Below the pieces are notes generated by a model. The model did no database searches, was not told where the DNA came from, and was given only the letters and a program-made list of their open reading frames with translations. Made by a program: the position numbers and the translations under genes. A stretch of DNA of 52,997 nt, the filler included, from Catajapyx aquilonaris (Eukaryota), in assembly GCA_000934665.2 (NCBI GenBank). It is 2 parts of 2 records of this genome, joined end to end, with 100 filler letters (N's around TTAATTAATTAA, not from the genome) between each part and the next. Parts side by side here need not be neighbours in the genome. Positions count along the whole stretch, not along the records: positions 1 to 26,466 come from KZ539305.1; positions 26,567 to 52,997 come from KZ539306.1. One strand, 5' to 3'. Below, piece after piece: positions 23,565-35,006 of the stretch (positions are counted from its first letter, which is position 1; each line of letters begins with the position of its first letter).

Positions 23565-23920
23565 GATACCCCGTGATAGGCCTCCTTGGGCCTATTAGGA
23601 GATAATCTTTTGAATAACCGTCTTTAATCATTGCCTGCGCTGTGATGGATTTTGATTGTGGGAGGAAACGAGAGAACCCCAAGAAAACCCACACGAACAT
23701 GGAGAGAACCCATCAAAACTCTATCCACATAAGTATCCTCCGTCTGACCCGGGGATCGAACTCAGGACCTTAGAGGTGAAGGCTGCAACTCTAACCACTT
23801 GGCCACCATGTCACCCGCCTTCAGAACAATTGACCCCGAGGTCAAGATGTATCAACTGACCAAGTTTCAGCCGACTCCAACTGGCATAACTTTTCCCATA
23901 TGATGCATCCCATGTCCTTT
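22961..23920. mobile_element. Long foldback MITE (AAAGGAC termini, Kolobok/T2-like) in SGSH intron, interrupted by a SINE
   Basis: About 250-bp inverted arms AAAGGACATGGGATGCAT... / ...ATGCATCCCATGTCCTTT; the right arm is split by the insertion at 23477-23816. Confidence 0.85.
23477..23816 (-). mobile_element. tRNA-derived SINE type C with V-domain-like core, (ATT)n tail and 15-bp TSD
   Basis: A box TGGCCAAGTGG, B box GAGTTCGATCC, core GTTCTCTCCATGTTCGTGTGGGTTTTCTTGGGGTTCTCTCGTTTCCTCCCACA. TSD GCCTTCAGAACAATT at 23462-23476 and 23817-23831. Confidence 0.85.
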
Positions 23921-24027
23921 AGAACACCTTTTAGATGGGTGGCATTTACATTGTGCCAGCATTAGTGTTTTCTCTTACAAAAGTGGGTGGATTCCACTTG
24001 CCCTTTTCACTTTGCTTAAGTGGGCTC

Positions 24028-24444
24028 TACACAGTCGATCCGACTCTAACTTTGACCAAATTCGACCATTGAACCATCTGTGTAAATGGCATTCCGTGTC
24101 AGATCTGACGTCGGAGCCAGGGAGGCCAGCTCAGGTCACCTAGGTAGGTCAGAGACGGTAAAGTGGGCCAAGCAAAACGTCGGATTGACTGTGTGAATGA
24201 CTGTTCGACTCATCCCGGCTCTCTGATTGGCTAGTGGGGTCTTCTAGTCGAACGCGATGCCCCCCACACCACTTCCACCTTTTTTTAGTAAACACACTTT
24301 GCCCCCACCCTCCATCCCCCTCCACAAGAACGTGTCCCCCCACCTTGGAACATTGAACATTGGACATCGGACAGCAGACCTCTGTCTGAACAGGGTGTCC
24401 GATGCCTCCGAGTCGGAGAGAGTCGGAGTCGGATCGACTGTGTG
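24028..24444. mobile_element. MITE with short TIRs
   Basis: CACAGTCGATCCGACTC (24030-24046) / GAGTCGGATCGACTGTG (24426-24442). Confidence 0.6.
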
Positions 24445-25088
24445 GGGAGGAGGAGGAGGAGGAGGACCACCATTTTCAAGTAGCAAGAATTACACATGCA
24501 AGTTTAGCCAAAGTCAGCATTTTCGCCAATTTGAACGCCATGAGGGTTACTGCAGTTCGTTAACCCAAAGAACGACATGATGTAACACCAGCCATATTTT
24601 CTCAGCATGGGCAGTAGTATGTCTGCAGAGTGAGTCGTGGACATGATTGGAGGGGAGAGCCTGGTGGAAGTGAGCAGATCGTGACGTCATATCGTTCTTT
24701 GATTTAACAGACTGTGTGAAGGTAAACTTCGCACTTGGCAAAGCCACAGTAATATTCGTTGGCCTGCGGCGCACAATGAGGACCACATTGTAGGCGTATA
24801 CAAACCCACAGTAAGCACCCAACTCTGCTTTCGCTCCGCAAGTACAAAACATATCACGCACGGGCAAAGTACCGAGCCTGGCAGGGCCACAGCAATGGAC
24901 AGTACTGTTGCGGTAACAAAAAGCCATACAGCATCACCAAGACAAAGGGCTATTCCATTCTTCAGGGTGATCAAACTTCTTTGTCGTTTTAGTTATTGAC
25001 AAATTAGGCCGTAGCTGCTTATATTGTAGCTGTAGCTAGCAACCAGTTGTCGAAATCAGAAATAACAACAGTTGATATTAGAGATTAA

Positions 25089-25904
25089 CCCCTTCGGCCC
25101 CAGATCGGCCCGAACCACACAGTTTTTGGCTTACGCGTACTCCGAAGATATGGACAAGATATTTTGCAAATAATAACAGCTATAGTTAAGAGATCTGGGA
25201 AAACCCTATGAATGAGTCTGGAACCATTTTACTCGTCTAGAAGTCCCTAAATTAATTTCCAAAAAAGGGCTATAATAACTCGAAATTGGACTACTGCCGC
25301 CCAACTTTTAGGCTGATTTAATTATGAAATGCGTGAAAATATGCGGAATAACAACCTTGAGAACCATGCCAGACGAATTTGCTGAAATCGTCGTACTTTG
25401 CGAGAAATAAATTAATATTTATTTGCAGCTTTCTAGCACTTGCGGCTTTCTAGCACTTAGGAAAACTCCTAAATGAGTATGAGATGAATTTTTTGAAATC
25501 GTCGTACTTCATGAGAAACAAATAAATTTGGGAGTTTTCCGATGTTTTCTGAAGTGCCAGAAAGCCGCAAATTAGTATTAATTTATTTCTCGCAAAGTAC
25601 GACGATTTCAGCAAATTCGTCTGGCATGGTTCTCAAGGTTGTTATTCCGCATATTTTCACGCATTTCATAATTAAATCAGCCTAAAGGTTGGGCGGTAGT
25701 AGTCCAATTTCGAGTTATTATAGCCCTTTTTTGGAAATTAATTTAGGGACTTCTAGACGAGTAAAATGGTTCCAGACACATTCATAGGGTTTTCCCAGAT
25801 CTCGTAACTATAGCTGTTATTATTTGCAAAATATCTTGTCCGTATCTTCGGAGTACGCGTAAGCCAAAAACTGTGTGGTTCGGGCCGATCTGGGGCCGAA
25901 GGGG
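25089..25904. mobile_element. piggyBac-type foldback MITE
   Basis: TTAA|CCCCTTCGGCCCC...GGGGCCGAAGGGG|TTAA with about 340-bp nearly identical inverted arms. Confidence 0.9.
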
Positions 25905-26466
25905 TTAAACAACACGAAACAAATGAGCTATTCGAACAAATTCAAATGCCATTCGAGCAGCCATGTGTCCAGCATTTGCGAATGCGGAGATGGGGACATG
26001 GTTGTGCTCCATGCTAGTTGTGGAGAGGTTGCCGCACGTACTGCAAGGTTGTATGCATACACAGGGGCGGATTAGCCTTCTTTGCCACCCTAGGCCAGTC
26101 CTGAAATTGCCGCCCCCGGAAACATCAGGGCAGGCCGGGGGGGGNGGGGGGGGGGGCACGGTGGACACGGTTTAGGCCAGTGGTTCTTAACCTTTTCGGG
26201 CCTCCGCACCCCTTTGAAGACAGTTGGTCCTCGTCATCGCACCCCCTATACTATGCCAGGGGCGATAGATGACGTTCAAAGATAGACGTAGGCTACACCT
26301 TGCTCACAGCCATTGCCAAAATCGCGTATTTAATTGAAATGAGAGTTAATTTAAATGAAATATCCTTCAATGAAAGAGTAGAACAAGTCGGAAATGGCGG
26401 GGAGGAAGCCCGCCGCAGGCGAAAAAATTTCGTTCAAGGTGCTTAGGTGAATGTAACTGACTGGAA

Positions 26467-26566
26467 NNNNNNNNNNNNNNNNNNNNNNNNNNNNNNNNNN
26501 NNNNNNNNNNTTAATTAATTAANNNNNNNNNNNNNNNNNNNNNNNNNNNNNNNNNNNNNNNNNNNN
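26467..26566. other. Artificial contig-joining spacer
   Basis: Exactly 44 N + TTAATTAATTAA (stops in all six frames) + 44 N. Confidence 0.95.
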
Positions 26567-28203
26567 TTGTCCGCTTCTGTCCGCAAAGGGGAGGGGGGGA
26601 GGTAAAAAAGTGAAAAAATCTGTCCGCGCGGATTATGGACGGCCCCTAGGTTACATTTTCCAAAAAAATACAGCCGTTTTCATCCATAACCTAGCTTCAT
26701 TTCGCAAGCGTTTCGAAAATTATTGTCCTGCAAGCATTACCATTTTTTTTTGCTTCACATTTGATTTGTTTTACTGATATATTATTTAACGTTTGTCTTG
26801 ATGGATCTGTTACTGCCATCAGAACTGATATTTTTCGCAAACACAGAAATATTTCCAGGCATATTTGACGAGCTGTAGGTATTTCTGTCAATAAAAGAAT
26901 GGTTTCTCTCCTCCTTAACGCCACCCCTACAATATCTTATAACAAAATGCACTCTGTATTATTCCAAAGACCCTTAGGCTGGGAGACCCACATCCATTGT
27001 TACTCCTGCTTGACAATAATAATCCTGACTACTGGTCAGCATGATATCAAAGTAAAAAAAAGGGGCCTGACTGACCGCGCATAGTCTGCTCCTGTGTATA
27101 CGCTATGTCCCGAATAGAGAGACCTTACTTATAGGGTGCACTTGTTAGTTCCCATTGAATCGGTTCCCTTTGAAACCTATCATCAAGTTTTCCCCGTCGC
27201 TCGATACATATACAGTATATACAGTAACCCCCCTCCCTCCTTCCTACCTACCCACCCACCAGCCAGCCAAGCCAGCCAGCCAGTCAGGAGTATGACGGAT
27301 CGATGTTCATATATGTCAATGCTCGCTATTAACTGCGTGATAGAGAGACGCATTACACATTCATGCTTTCACTTAAATTCGTTCCGTTTATAGACCTATA
27401 TAGGAAGGGGGGAGGTATATGAGGAGGGGTGGGGGAGGGGCGGATTGCAGCAAGGGAATACATTTTTATTTTCCCCCTTCTTCTTCTGACCCTGTATAGT
27501 CAATTCGAATAATAATTGGACCGCTAATACAGTTTTTGGAAGGGGGTCTATTTCATAGATAATGATCCTACGTCTGGAGGGACCAAAGATGGTGATTCAA
27601 TCTAGGATAAAAAATAAGTAGGTGGAGGGTTTCAAGCGCGGTGGGGAATGCCAAGTGAATGTTGAGTGACGGTCAGTTCCCAGTGCTTATTTTCTTTGCA
27701 GTGATATTGCAGCTAATTGTGATATTATGGAATTGGTGTAGATTTTGGTCACTGCTAAATTATAATGGGAGATTTTTGTATTCCATATAGCGACGAAAGT
27801 TTAAAAATATTTTATAATCACAAAACCAGTAGTTGCGTTGTATGTAGTGTATACCTTTGATGTTAACCAAATGTGCTGTCGTGGATGGATGCAGTAAAGT
27901 CTGACATTATTAATTTTGCATCAAATGAATAAGTAATATGTACTATAAGTAAGGCATCATACAAGAACAGGTACAACTTAATCGAACTAAAATACTGTAA
28001 GCTGCAGCAGTTTAAAATAACTTTGCAGCAGTCGAGTCAGGAAATTGTATTCTTCAGTTTTGAACATCTCATTTTTAAAGACACCAGGTCGCATATTGTG
28101 TATATCATAATTTTACAGATTGATGTACCGGTAGTGACAAGTAGGCTGTTATCTACCATACAAATTGAAGCAAATTTATTTTAACTGTAAAATTCGTTAA
28201 CCA

Positions 28204-28550
28204 ATGGGGAAGTGCGGTGGCCGAGATGGTAACGTCTCGGCTTTCTGAGTGAAAGGTCCCAGGTTCGATCCCCGCCTGGCATTTCCCTTTCACATGAGTC
28301 AGGAGGGTCTCTGACCCGCGCCTTAGAGGTGTCTGGCAACCTAACCTCCTGGGGAACAGCACACTACCCCTTTTCAGACATTCCACTTGCACCCATGTTT
28401 CCTCCCCAAAATTCCCTATCCTTACCCAATGTCCTTGATTCCCTGCACATGAGTTCGAAGAAAATATGGAAAATAGAAAATGGAAATATGGTGGTATTCC
28501 ACCCTCCAACATCGACACTGGTCTCATGGGGTACAACTTTTTTTTTTTTA
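28204..28550 (+). mobile_element. tRNA-derived SINE type B, second copy
   Basis: GGTGGCCGAGATGGTAACGTCTCGGCTTTCTG...GGTTCGATCCCC head; AATATGGTGGTATTCCACCC..ATGGGGTACAA tail; imperfect TSD AAATT(C)GTTAACCA. Confidence 0.75.
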
Positions 28551-29585
28551 AATTGTTAACCAGCATTATCCGTGACGCTCCGAAGGTTACTTGTAATACC
28601 AAGGGTACTTTTTGCAGTACGAATGCCATTCTTTTAATACCTCCCACGATACATTTCCCGTTGGATATCTCACCTTTGACGTCACCTCTTTCTATCGCAC
28701 GGAACTGTGCTGCCTGATACTGAACTCTAACCGCAGTGCAGCATCTTCCACCCTCCCACTTTTTTCTCTCTCTTCTTGCCCCACCCCCTCTTTTTTACCA
28801 AAAAAGAAGGGGGAGTGGAGTGGAAGGGAGGGAGAAGGGGGGGGGGGTGTTCCTATGGGATCCGGAGCAGGGGCAAGCGAGGTCATCAAAGGGCGGTGGC
28901 TCCTCTTCCAGTCCGGCAATAAACGCCCAAGTCTTGCCTCTATTACAATCATGGGGGAGATGGCCAGGCCCAGCCGCCATTTTTATTTTTTTTCCTCCTT
29001 CCCCCTTCCCCCTTCCACCCCTCCTACCGCCGGGCCCTTCCTTCGCCTCCCGGACTCACAATCGAGCTCGCAAATTAGCCCCTACGTCCTCTAACTGTCA
29101 GCCCAAATGGGGATTTATTTTCGATATATTAGATTACATAAGCAACTCACGGATCCGGGGGGAAATATAAAAAAAAGAACCTCCCCCCCCACTACATTCC
29201 TAGCCCCCAACATCTACCATTTTTGGGGAGGTTACGTGGTCGGAGAGAACACTTCTTCCGGAGGATAAAAACAATTTATCGGGAATTAGGGAGCGTTGCA
29301 GGAAATTGGGTAAAGTACTGTACGACTACTTGTATGCGGGAGAAGAAATCGGTGACATACGATGCACTCAGTCGGGGCTGTTGCGTGTAATTAAGGTAAT
29401 TCAATTGGCGCAAACAGCTTATAGCACAAAGTATGTGAAGGTCAGCAGTTCAGAGTCAGTGTAATAGTGTGAAGCTCTAATTCTATAGGCCACCTATATT
29501 GGCACTATTCGCTGCTAAGTCCTTCTGTGTAGAACTATTCAAAGAACAAGCCTCCAAATGAAATTGTTGCTGGTATAGACACTAA

Positions 29586-29936
29586 CAAGGCAACGACCAA
29601 GGCAGGTCACCTCCGATTTGGTAGAAACTCGCTTGAGGGGTCACTCATGTGCGATAGACATTGTGGTGAAAGTCCTAGACGACACTGTCCAGCCGTTTCC
29701 GAGATATGAGCGACAGAAACATCCGAATTTTGTCCGCGCGTAGGTAGTAGGGGCCTTGCCGGGCCGCTGTACGCGCCGGTACGCGCGGACAAAATTCGGA
29801 TGTTTCTGTAGCTCATATCTCGGAAACGGCAGGACAGTGTCATCTATGACAGTCACCACTGTGTCTATCGCACATGGGTGACCCCTCAAGCGAGTTTCAA
29901 CCAAATCGGAGGCGACCGACCTTGGTCGTTCCCTTG
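29586..29936. mobile_element. Foldback MITE with TAA TSD
   Basis: TAA|CAAGG..ACGACCAAGG...CCTTGGTCGTTCCCTTG|TAA with about 155-bp inverted arms. Confidence 0.85.
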
Positions 29937-30510
29937 TAAGATAATAATGATGGTGATGCTTCAAAAGGTTAATAAAGCTTGACCATGACAGGAAATATTT
30001 GCGTGAAACCACCTGTCTCCATTAGAGGAAGTCATCTTGCTGTCGTGTGACTTGAAGAAAATGACCTTGTGGTTCATCCTGGATGCTCGCTAACCTATGC
30101 GCCTCTCTTGTGCTGCACTTTGCCGCCTTCTCAGGGGCAACTTTCACTGGTGCCCAATAAACGCTGAAAAAAATCTTTTGATTTTCAAGGGCCATAAAAT
30201 GCAGAAGCCATGTTACTACAAGACAAGGTAACCAACATGTTCGGAAACACGCACTGATTGTGGCACACAGTATAGGATTTAATGTCAGAAAACCAAAAAC
30301 AAACACTGTTCGACAAAGTACTGATATCATTTGGACGGTGTTATGAAATAATGAGTCAACCCACATGCGAACAGTTTTTTTGAGAAAAAGGCCTTTGAAG
30401 GTCATAGACTACCTGTGAAATTAATTCAGTGTTCTTTTAGGTCATTTGTGACAGAAGTATGCAGATTTCACCAGCGTGATTTTACCTGAATTAAGTACGA
30501 TCCTTTAGGT

Positions 30511-30851
30511 GATTACACCCCATTTCGCCGCCTTGCATTTTGCCGTTTCCCATTTAGCCGCAGTGTCATCTTGCCGTCACCCCCATTTCGCCGCTTTCAT
30601 ATCGGAAGACCGAATGTGGCAGGGGAAGGGGTACGCTGTACCAACCTAACCTAACCTTCCTTCCTTCCTTGCGGATACAGCCCTTTCTTCAGCGGATACA
30701 CGCCTTTTCCCCCTTCACGACCTCACACTAATCATCTTCGTGTACCAGTTTCGCAGGCGGCGATATGGGCGCTTAGAAATGAGAATTATTCATCGGTGAC
30801 GATTTGGGGGGGGGGGGGGGCAAANCGAAAGACGTCGAAATGGGGTGACAC
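30511..30851. mobile_element. Mutator-like (MULE) MITE with 9-bp TSD
   Basis: CCTTTAGGT at 30502-30510 and 30852-30860; ends GATTACACCCCATTTCG / CGAAATGGGGTGACAC; internal AACCTAACCTAACC. Confidence 0.75.
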
Positions 30852-30957
30852 CCTTTAGGTATATGTTCCTGGGCTTAGCTCAATTTTGACATTTTGTGTG
30901 GGTTGACCCATTATTGCATAACACCGTCCATTTAAGCTGATTTCTTAACCATAATAT

Positions 30958-31006
30958 GGTTGTTTGTTAACCTATAAGATATAATCTTATAGGTTAACAA
31001 ACAACC
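30958..31006. repeat. Perfect 23-bp-arm palindrome
   Basis: GGTTGTTTGTTAACCTATAAGAT-ATA-ATCTTATAGGTTAACAAACAACC. Confidence 0.9.
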
Positions 31007-33006
31007 TGTAACGCCAAGAGTCCAACATTCTTCAACATATGTAAACCATAATAACAAACCCCGAAAAAACTCTCTCGTTCGCAGTAGATCACCTCAACAT
31101 TTTGGCGAAACAATGCCTGACAGGCTGAGGTCAAGCTGTGACCCAGGTCCAGCCCCTTGCACTTGTATTGAGGTGAGGGGGAGGGCGGGAGAGTGGGTGG
31201 GGGGGAAGTGGGGTTATCTCCTGAGGGAAACGGGGGGCGAAACGACTCGTATCGAGCGCACACGCCGAAAGAAAATTGAGGCACTTGAGAAGACTACAGT
31301 GGCGGCATGGGGGGAGGGGGAATGTGGGGGGGATTGTAGGGGAAGGGGGAGGTTGTATCCTTATTCCGTGCTCCCGGAAGGGTTATGGGCTAGCGGACCC
31401 TGGGAAATGGAGGCCTCTACAGCCGGCGACTGGGGCTGCAAGCAAAAGTAGCCGCCCCCCCCCCCTCCCCCGTCCCTTTACGCCTGCTGGATTCTACGGT
31501 GGGGGAAGGAGGAGGAGGGATGGCCAAAATGGCCAAAAGTCTCTCTGGCCCCATCACCTCCTTTTTTTATTGTCCTCCCGTGCAGCTCGCCCCACCTGCG
31601 AATATGCATAAAAGTCACGCTTGACAAGTTGCCCACTTTTGCCCCCTCCCGCTTCACTCCCCCCTTTGCCATAGTCCCTTACACCACCCCCTACTCTCAC
31701 TGCCGCCGCCACCACTCCAGTAATAAAAAAACATTCATATTTGCATATTGTGTCTCGTGACTATTGTTAGAAACGTGTGCGAATTGTACTGTAAGGGAAT
31801 CAAATGACGATATGCGAGTAACATAATTGAATATTTGGTAATGATTCACATTAATGCAGCACGGAGAATGGTGACGAAAATTATGTTTCAGTGACTAAAA
31901 GCAAACATAAGTACAGTAGACGTTTGATAAATCATGCATGATGTAACCTTAAAGCGACAAAATTCTTTGAAGACAGTTGCTCGAGTCAATTTTCGATGCT
32001 TCTTGTCAGGAACATCCATTATTATTCAACGTATTATGTTGAAAATGTATTTCATGTGTATTCAGCTTCCACGAAGCTTCTCTGTAGGCGACCCCAAAAA
32101 AGTAAATGTTGTGAAATAATAATTATGCAACTGCATCATTATTAAACATGGACTCTTTATAAACATTGCAACGTTTCTTGCTGACAAAGTAACACCAGTT
32201 AGAAACGATGATCCGTATTGATTCAGAATTTGATAAGTAAACTACTGAAAGTAATGGACAAGCTCCCTGAGTGGTAATAACCAAACTAAAATGAACTATC
32301 GAGTGCAGACATAAAATATACTACAGCGTTAGATGACGAGCCTATAGGAAGTCAATAATCTTCAGCTGCCACCAATAAGAGCAGCGTACATCATCTCAAA
32401 CACCCCATCTTCCACTTACTGGCCCCTCATATCACTTCCTTACAGCAATAATCTCACATTTCAACCAAGAATCCGGTACAGAACACCCTCCCCCCCCCCC
32501 CTTCTGAAATTCCTCCACAAATCCCCCATAAAAAGCCCTCCAAAATCGTCTTCCTTCATCCCCCTAAGCCCCGATATTCCCCTCCGGGACAAACCAAACC
32601 ACACTTGCGCTTCTAAACCCCCCCAAAATTTGACATGGCGTCTAGGTGATTTGTCCTTTTCTCCAACAGGAATTGGGGGGAGGGGGGGGGGGTGCGAAAA
32701 AAAGAAGGTTTCATCCAACAAAGAAGTTCTCGCTCAGCCAGTATAGGAAGCTATGGAATGGAATGATTAATGGAACACAATCTTATATCGTCGACAGAAT
32801 CTTTCTATCCTCTCTTTTCACACCCATTTTTTCTAGCAGCAAGAGGGGCGAAGTTTGTAGCCAGCTGTAGCTTGTACACACAGCATTGTAATATATATGC
32901 TACTAATAATAGTATATTCCATTTATCGTCTCGATTATACGTCTGTACTTTATGAAGTAAAACAAAATTTAAATTGCAAAATAATGGGAACATGTATCTC
33001 ACTTCA

Positions 33007-33334
33007 GTAGTATGGAAAGCCTTGCCCGTATGCCAATTCGGATATAGTAGACCAGAGTTCCAAGCCAGATGATCCCTGACGTTATTTTAACGACTTTTAC
33101 GTCAATTTCACGTCAAAATTTAGCGTTTCAATGCAGTGGTACAATAGTCATTACACTTCTTGACGTGAAATTGACGTTAAAAGTCGTTAAAATAACTGCA
33201 GGTATCACATGGCGTGGGAATCTGGTCTACTTTATACGAAGTTGCATAAGGGCAAGGTCTACTATATCCGAAGTGGCATAAGGGCAAGGTCTACTATATC
33301 CGGACTGGCATAAGGGCAAAGTTTTCCATACTAC
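33007..33334. mobile_element. Foldback MITE with subterminal 31-bp repeats
   Basis: Ends AGTAGTATGGAAA / TTTCCATACTACT; inner inverted GTTATTTTAACGACTTT..ACGTCAATTTCACGTCAA arms; tandem GCATAAGGGCAAGGTCTACTATATCCG units. Confidence 0.7.
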
Positions 33335-34810
33335 TCACTCCAACTGGCACAATCTCACCCCGTTTTACGGTATTTAAAGTATAAAAATTATATTATTTCC
33401 TACACCGATATTTTTATTATTAGCTTAGCTTTAATCAGTCTAATATTTACATGTGAAATTGCATTATTGTACCTATGTCCTATTCACTCTGGTGGATCCC
33501 CCTTCCCCTCCTTTCCGCATAATATGGCGCCAAACAACTTTATGACGCTGGGCTTATGACTTTCGGGGTTTTGATATCTTGATTGCTTTCCGCAAATTGG
33601 GCTGAACAGATCATTTATATAATACGGGATACGATATAACCAGGTTAGGACAACCCAATAAAAAAAAACCAGGCATAGACTATACATCGAGGGAGGGGAA
33701 ATCTTTATTGAGGGTATTGGGAGTAGTTGGGCCTTTAATTCAATTACATCCCTGTGTTTGGGAGATGGGGTGTATAGGAGACTGGCAGGGCAGGCAGTGG
33801 GGGCTGGGGGTCCGAAAAGTTCCCGTGTCACCTCATTATTTGCCTAACAAAACAGGGCGATCAAAGGGGCATCAAGTGCCCCATGTCACCCCCCCGCCAA
33901 CATGAACCCCCCCCCCCCCTTCTCTACTATCACTACGGCCCATTGGACCGGCGCCTTTCCGTGGCATTAGTCCAATAGAGTCACATGCTGGGATCGGATT
34001 GTCCCCCCTTCCCGCCCTTCCCCTACCCTCCACTTGTCCCCCCCATCCCAAGTACCTCAGAAAATCCACTCCAACATAATTACGGGCGTCACGTGGCGGC
34101 GCGTGCGGCCAATCCCAGGACGCTCACGACGCCCCGAGAGTAATCCTCCTCCTGCATCTACCCCCCATTTCCCCCCATACCATGCAACTTCTCTTGCGCC
34201 GACGCCTCATTTGCATACGTATCCAGTCTGAAGCACCCCCCCTCCCCTACCACAGCTCTTTTCCCAGCCCTTTTTGTCCCCAATCCCTATCTACCGCATC
34301 AAATCCCAGAAATCCAACAAATCCTATCAATCCTCCCCTACAATTGACACTCCCAGTAAAAAATGAGCCCCACCAATTTATGTTTCGTACAATACAGATT
34401 CACAGATACTAACGGGCACAATTTTTTGTTGTTGTTTTTTTTTGAACCATTTTTTTTGTGTACATGAAAGGGAGGGTGTCCTACCTTCCCACACGCGCGT
34501 GCCCCTAAAATTGCACGAAATGCACACATCCATCCAGATGGATTCATGCACAACCGCAATTTAATGTAGATGAGACTGGAATCCGTCACGTTTCCCATGA
34601 GCCTCTTGTTTACTTTCCATCTCGCCACGCAATGCCCTATATATACCACACACAGTATCAAATACAATGATCCACCTGCTTACAGACTGCAGCGTCATAA
34701 CGGCAATTTCATACAGTCTGGACAATGGACATAATTATAAGTATGAATGTTAACGAAACTTAGGCATCACAATAATTGTCATGCCTAAATTTCGTTAACA
34801 TTCGTACATT

Positions 34811-35006
34811 AAATACATTAAATGAATTTCATACATACAAATACATTAAATGAATTTCATACATACAAATACATTAAATGAATTTCATGCATACAAATAC
34901 ATTAAATGAATTTCATGCATACAAATACATTAAATGAATTTCATACATACAAATACATTAAATGAATTTCATACATACAAATACATTAAATGAATTTCAT
35001 ACATAC
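34811..35006. repeat. Tandem array, 7 x 28 bp AAATACATTAAATGAATTTCAT(A/G)CATAC
   Basis: Seven directly counted units; copies 3 and 4 carry the G variant. Confidence 0.9.

Larger units (their letters stand above)
30022..31630 (-). pseudogene. Putative decayed class-A (peptide-receptor-like) GPCR, TM3-TM7 remnants
   Basis: Ordered, frameshifted motifs ERLLAI..HP, LLLAAP, PHAATVVFSSASIFFRRVR, FAKML, FFGVCYYGLHML, and after an apparent intron LNPILCATISACFR. Several stops and frameshifts; recognised by eye only. Confidence 0.4.

Noticed and set aside
24547..24974. Cys-rich minus-strand frames as missing SGSH 5' exons or a transposase Cys-rich domain
   Set aside because: No CSPSR or other sulfatase motif; the EYYCGFAKCEVYLHTVC fragment is too short and stop-bounded to assign.
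34811..35006. CRISPR-like array
   Set aside because: Units are contiguous with no unique spacers, no cas genes, and the context is eukaryotic.
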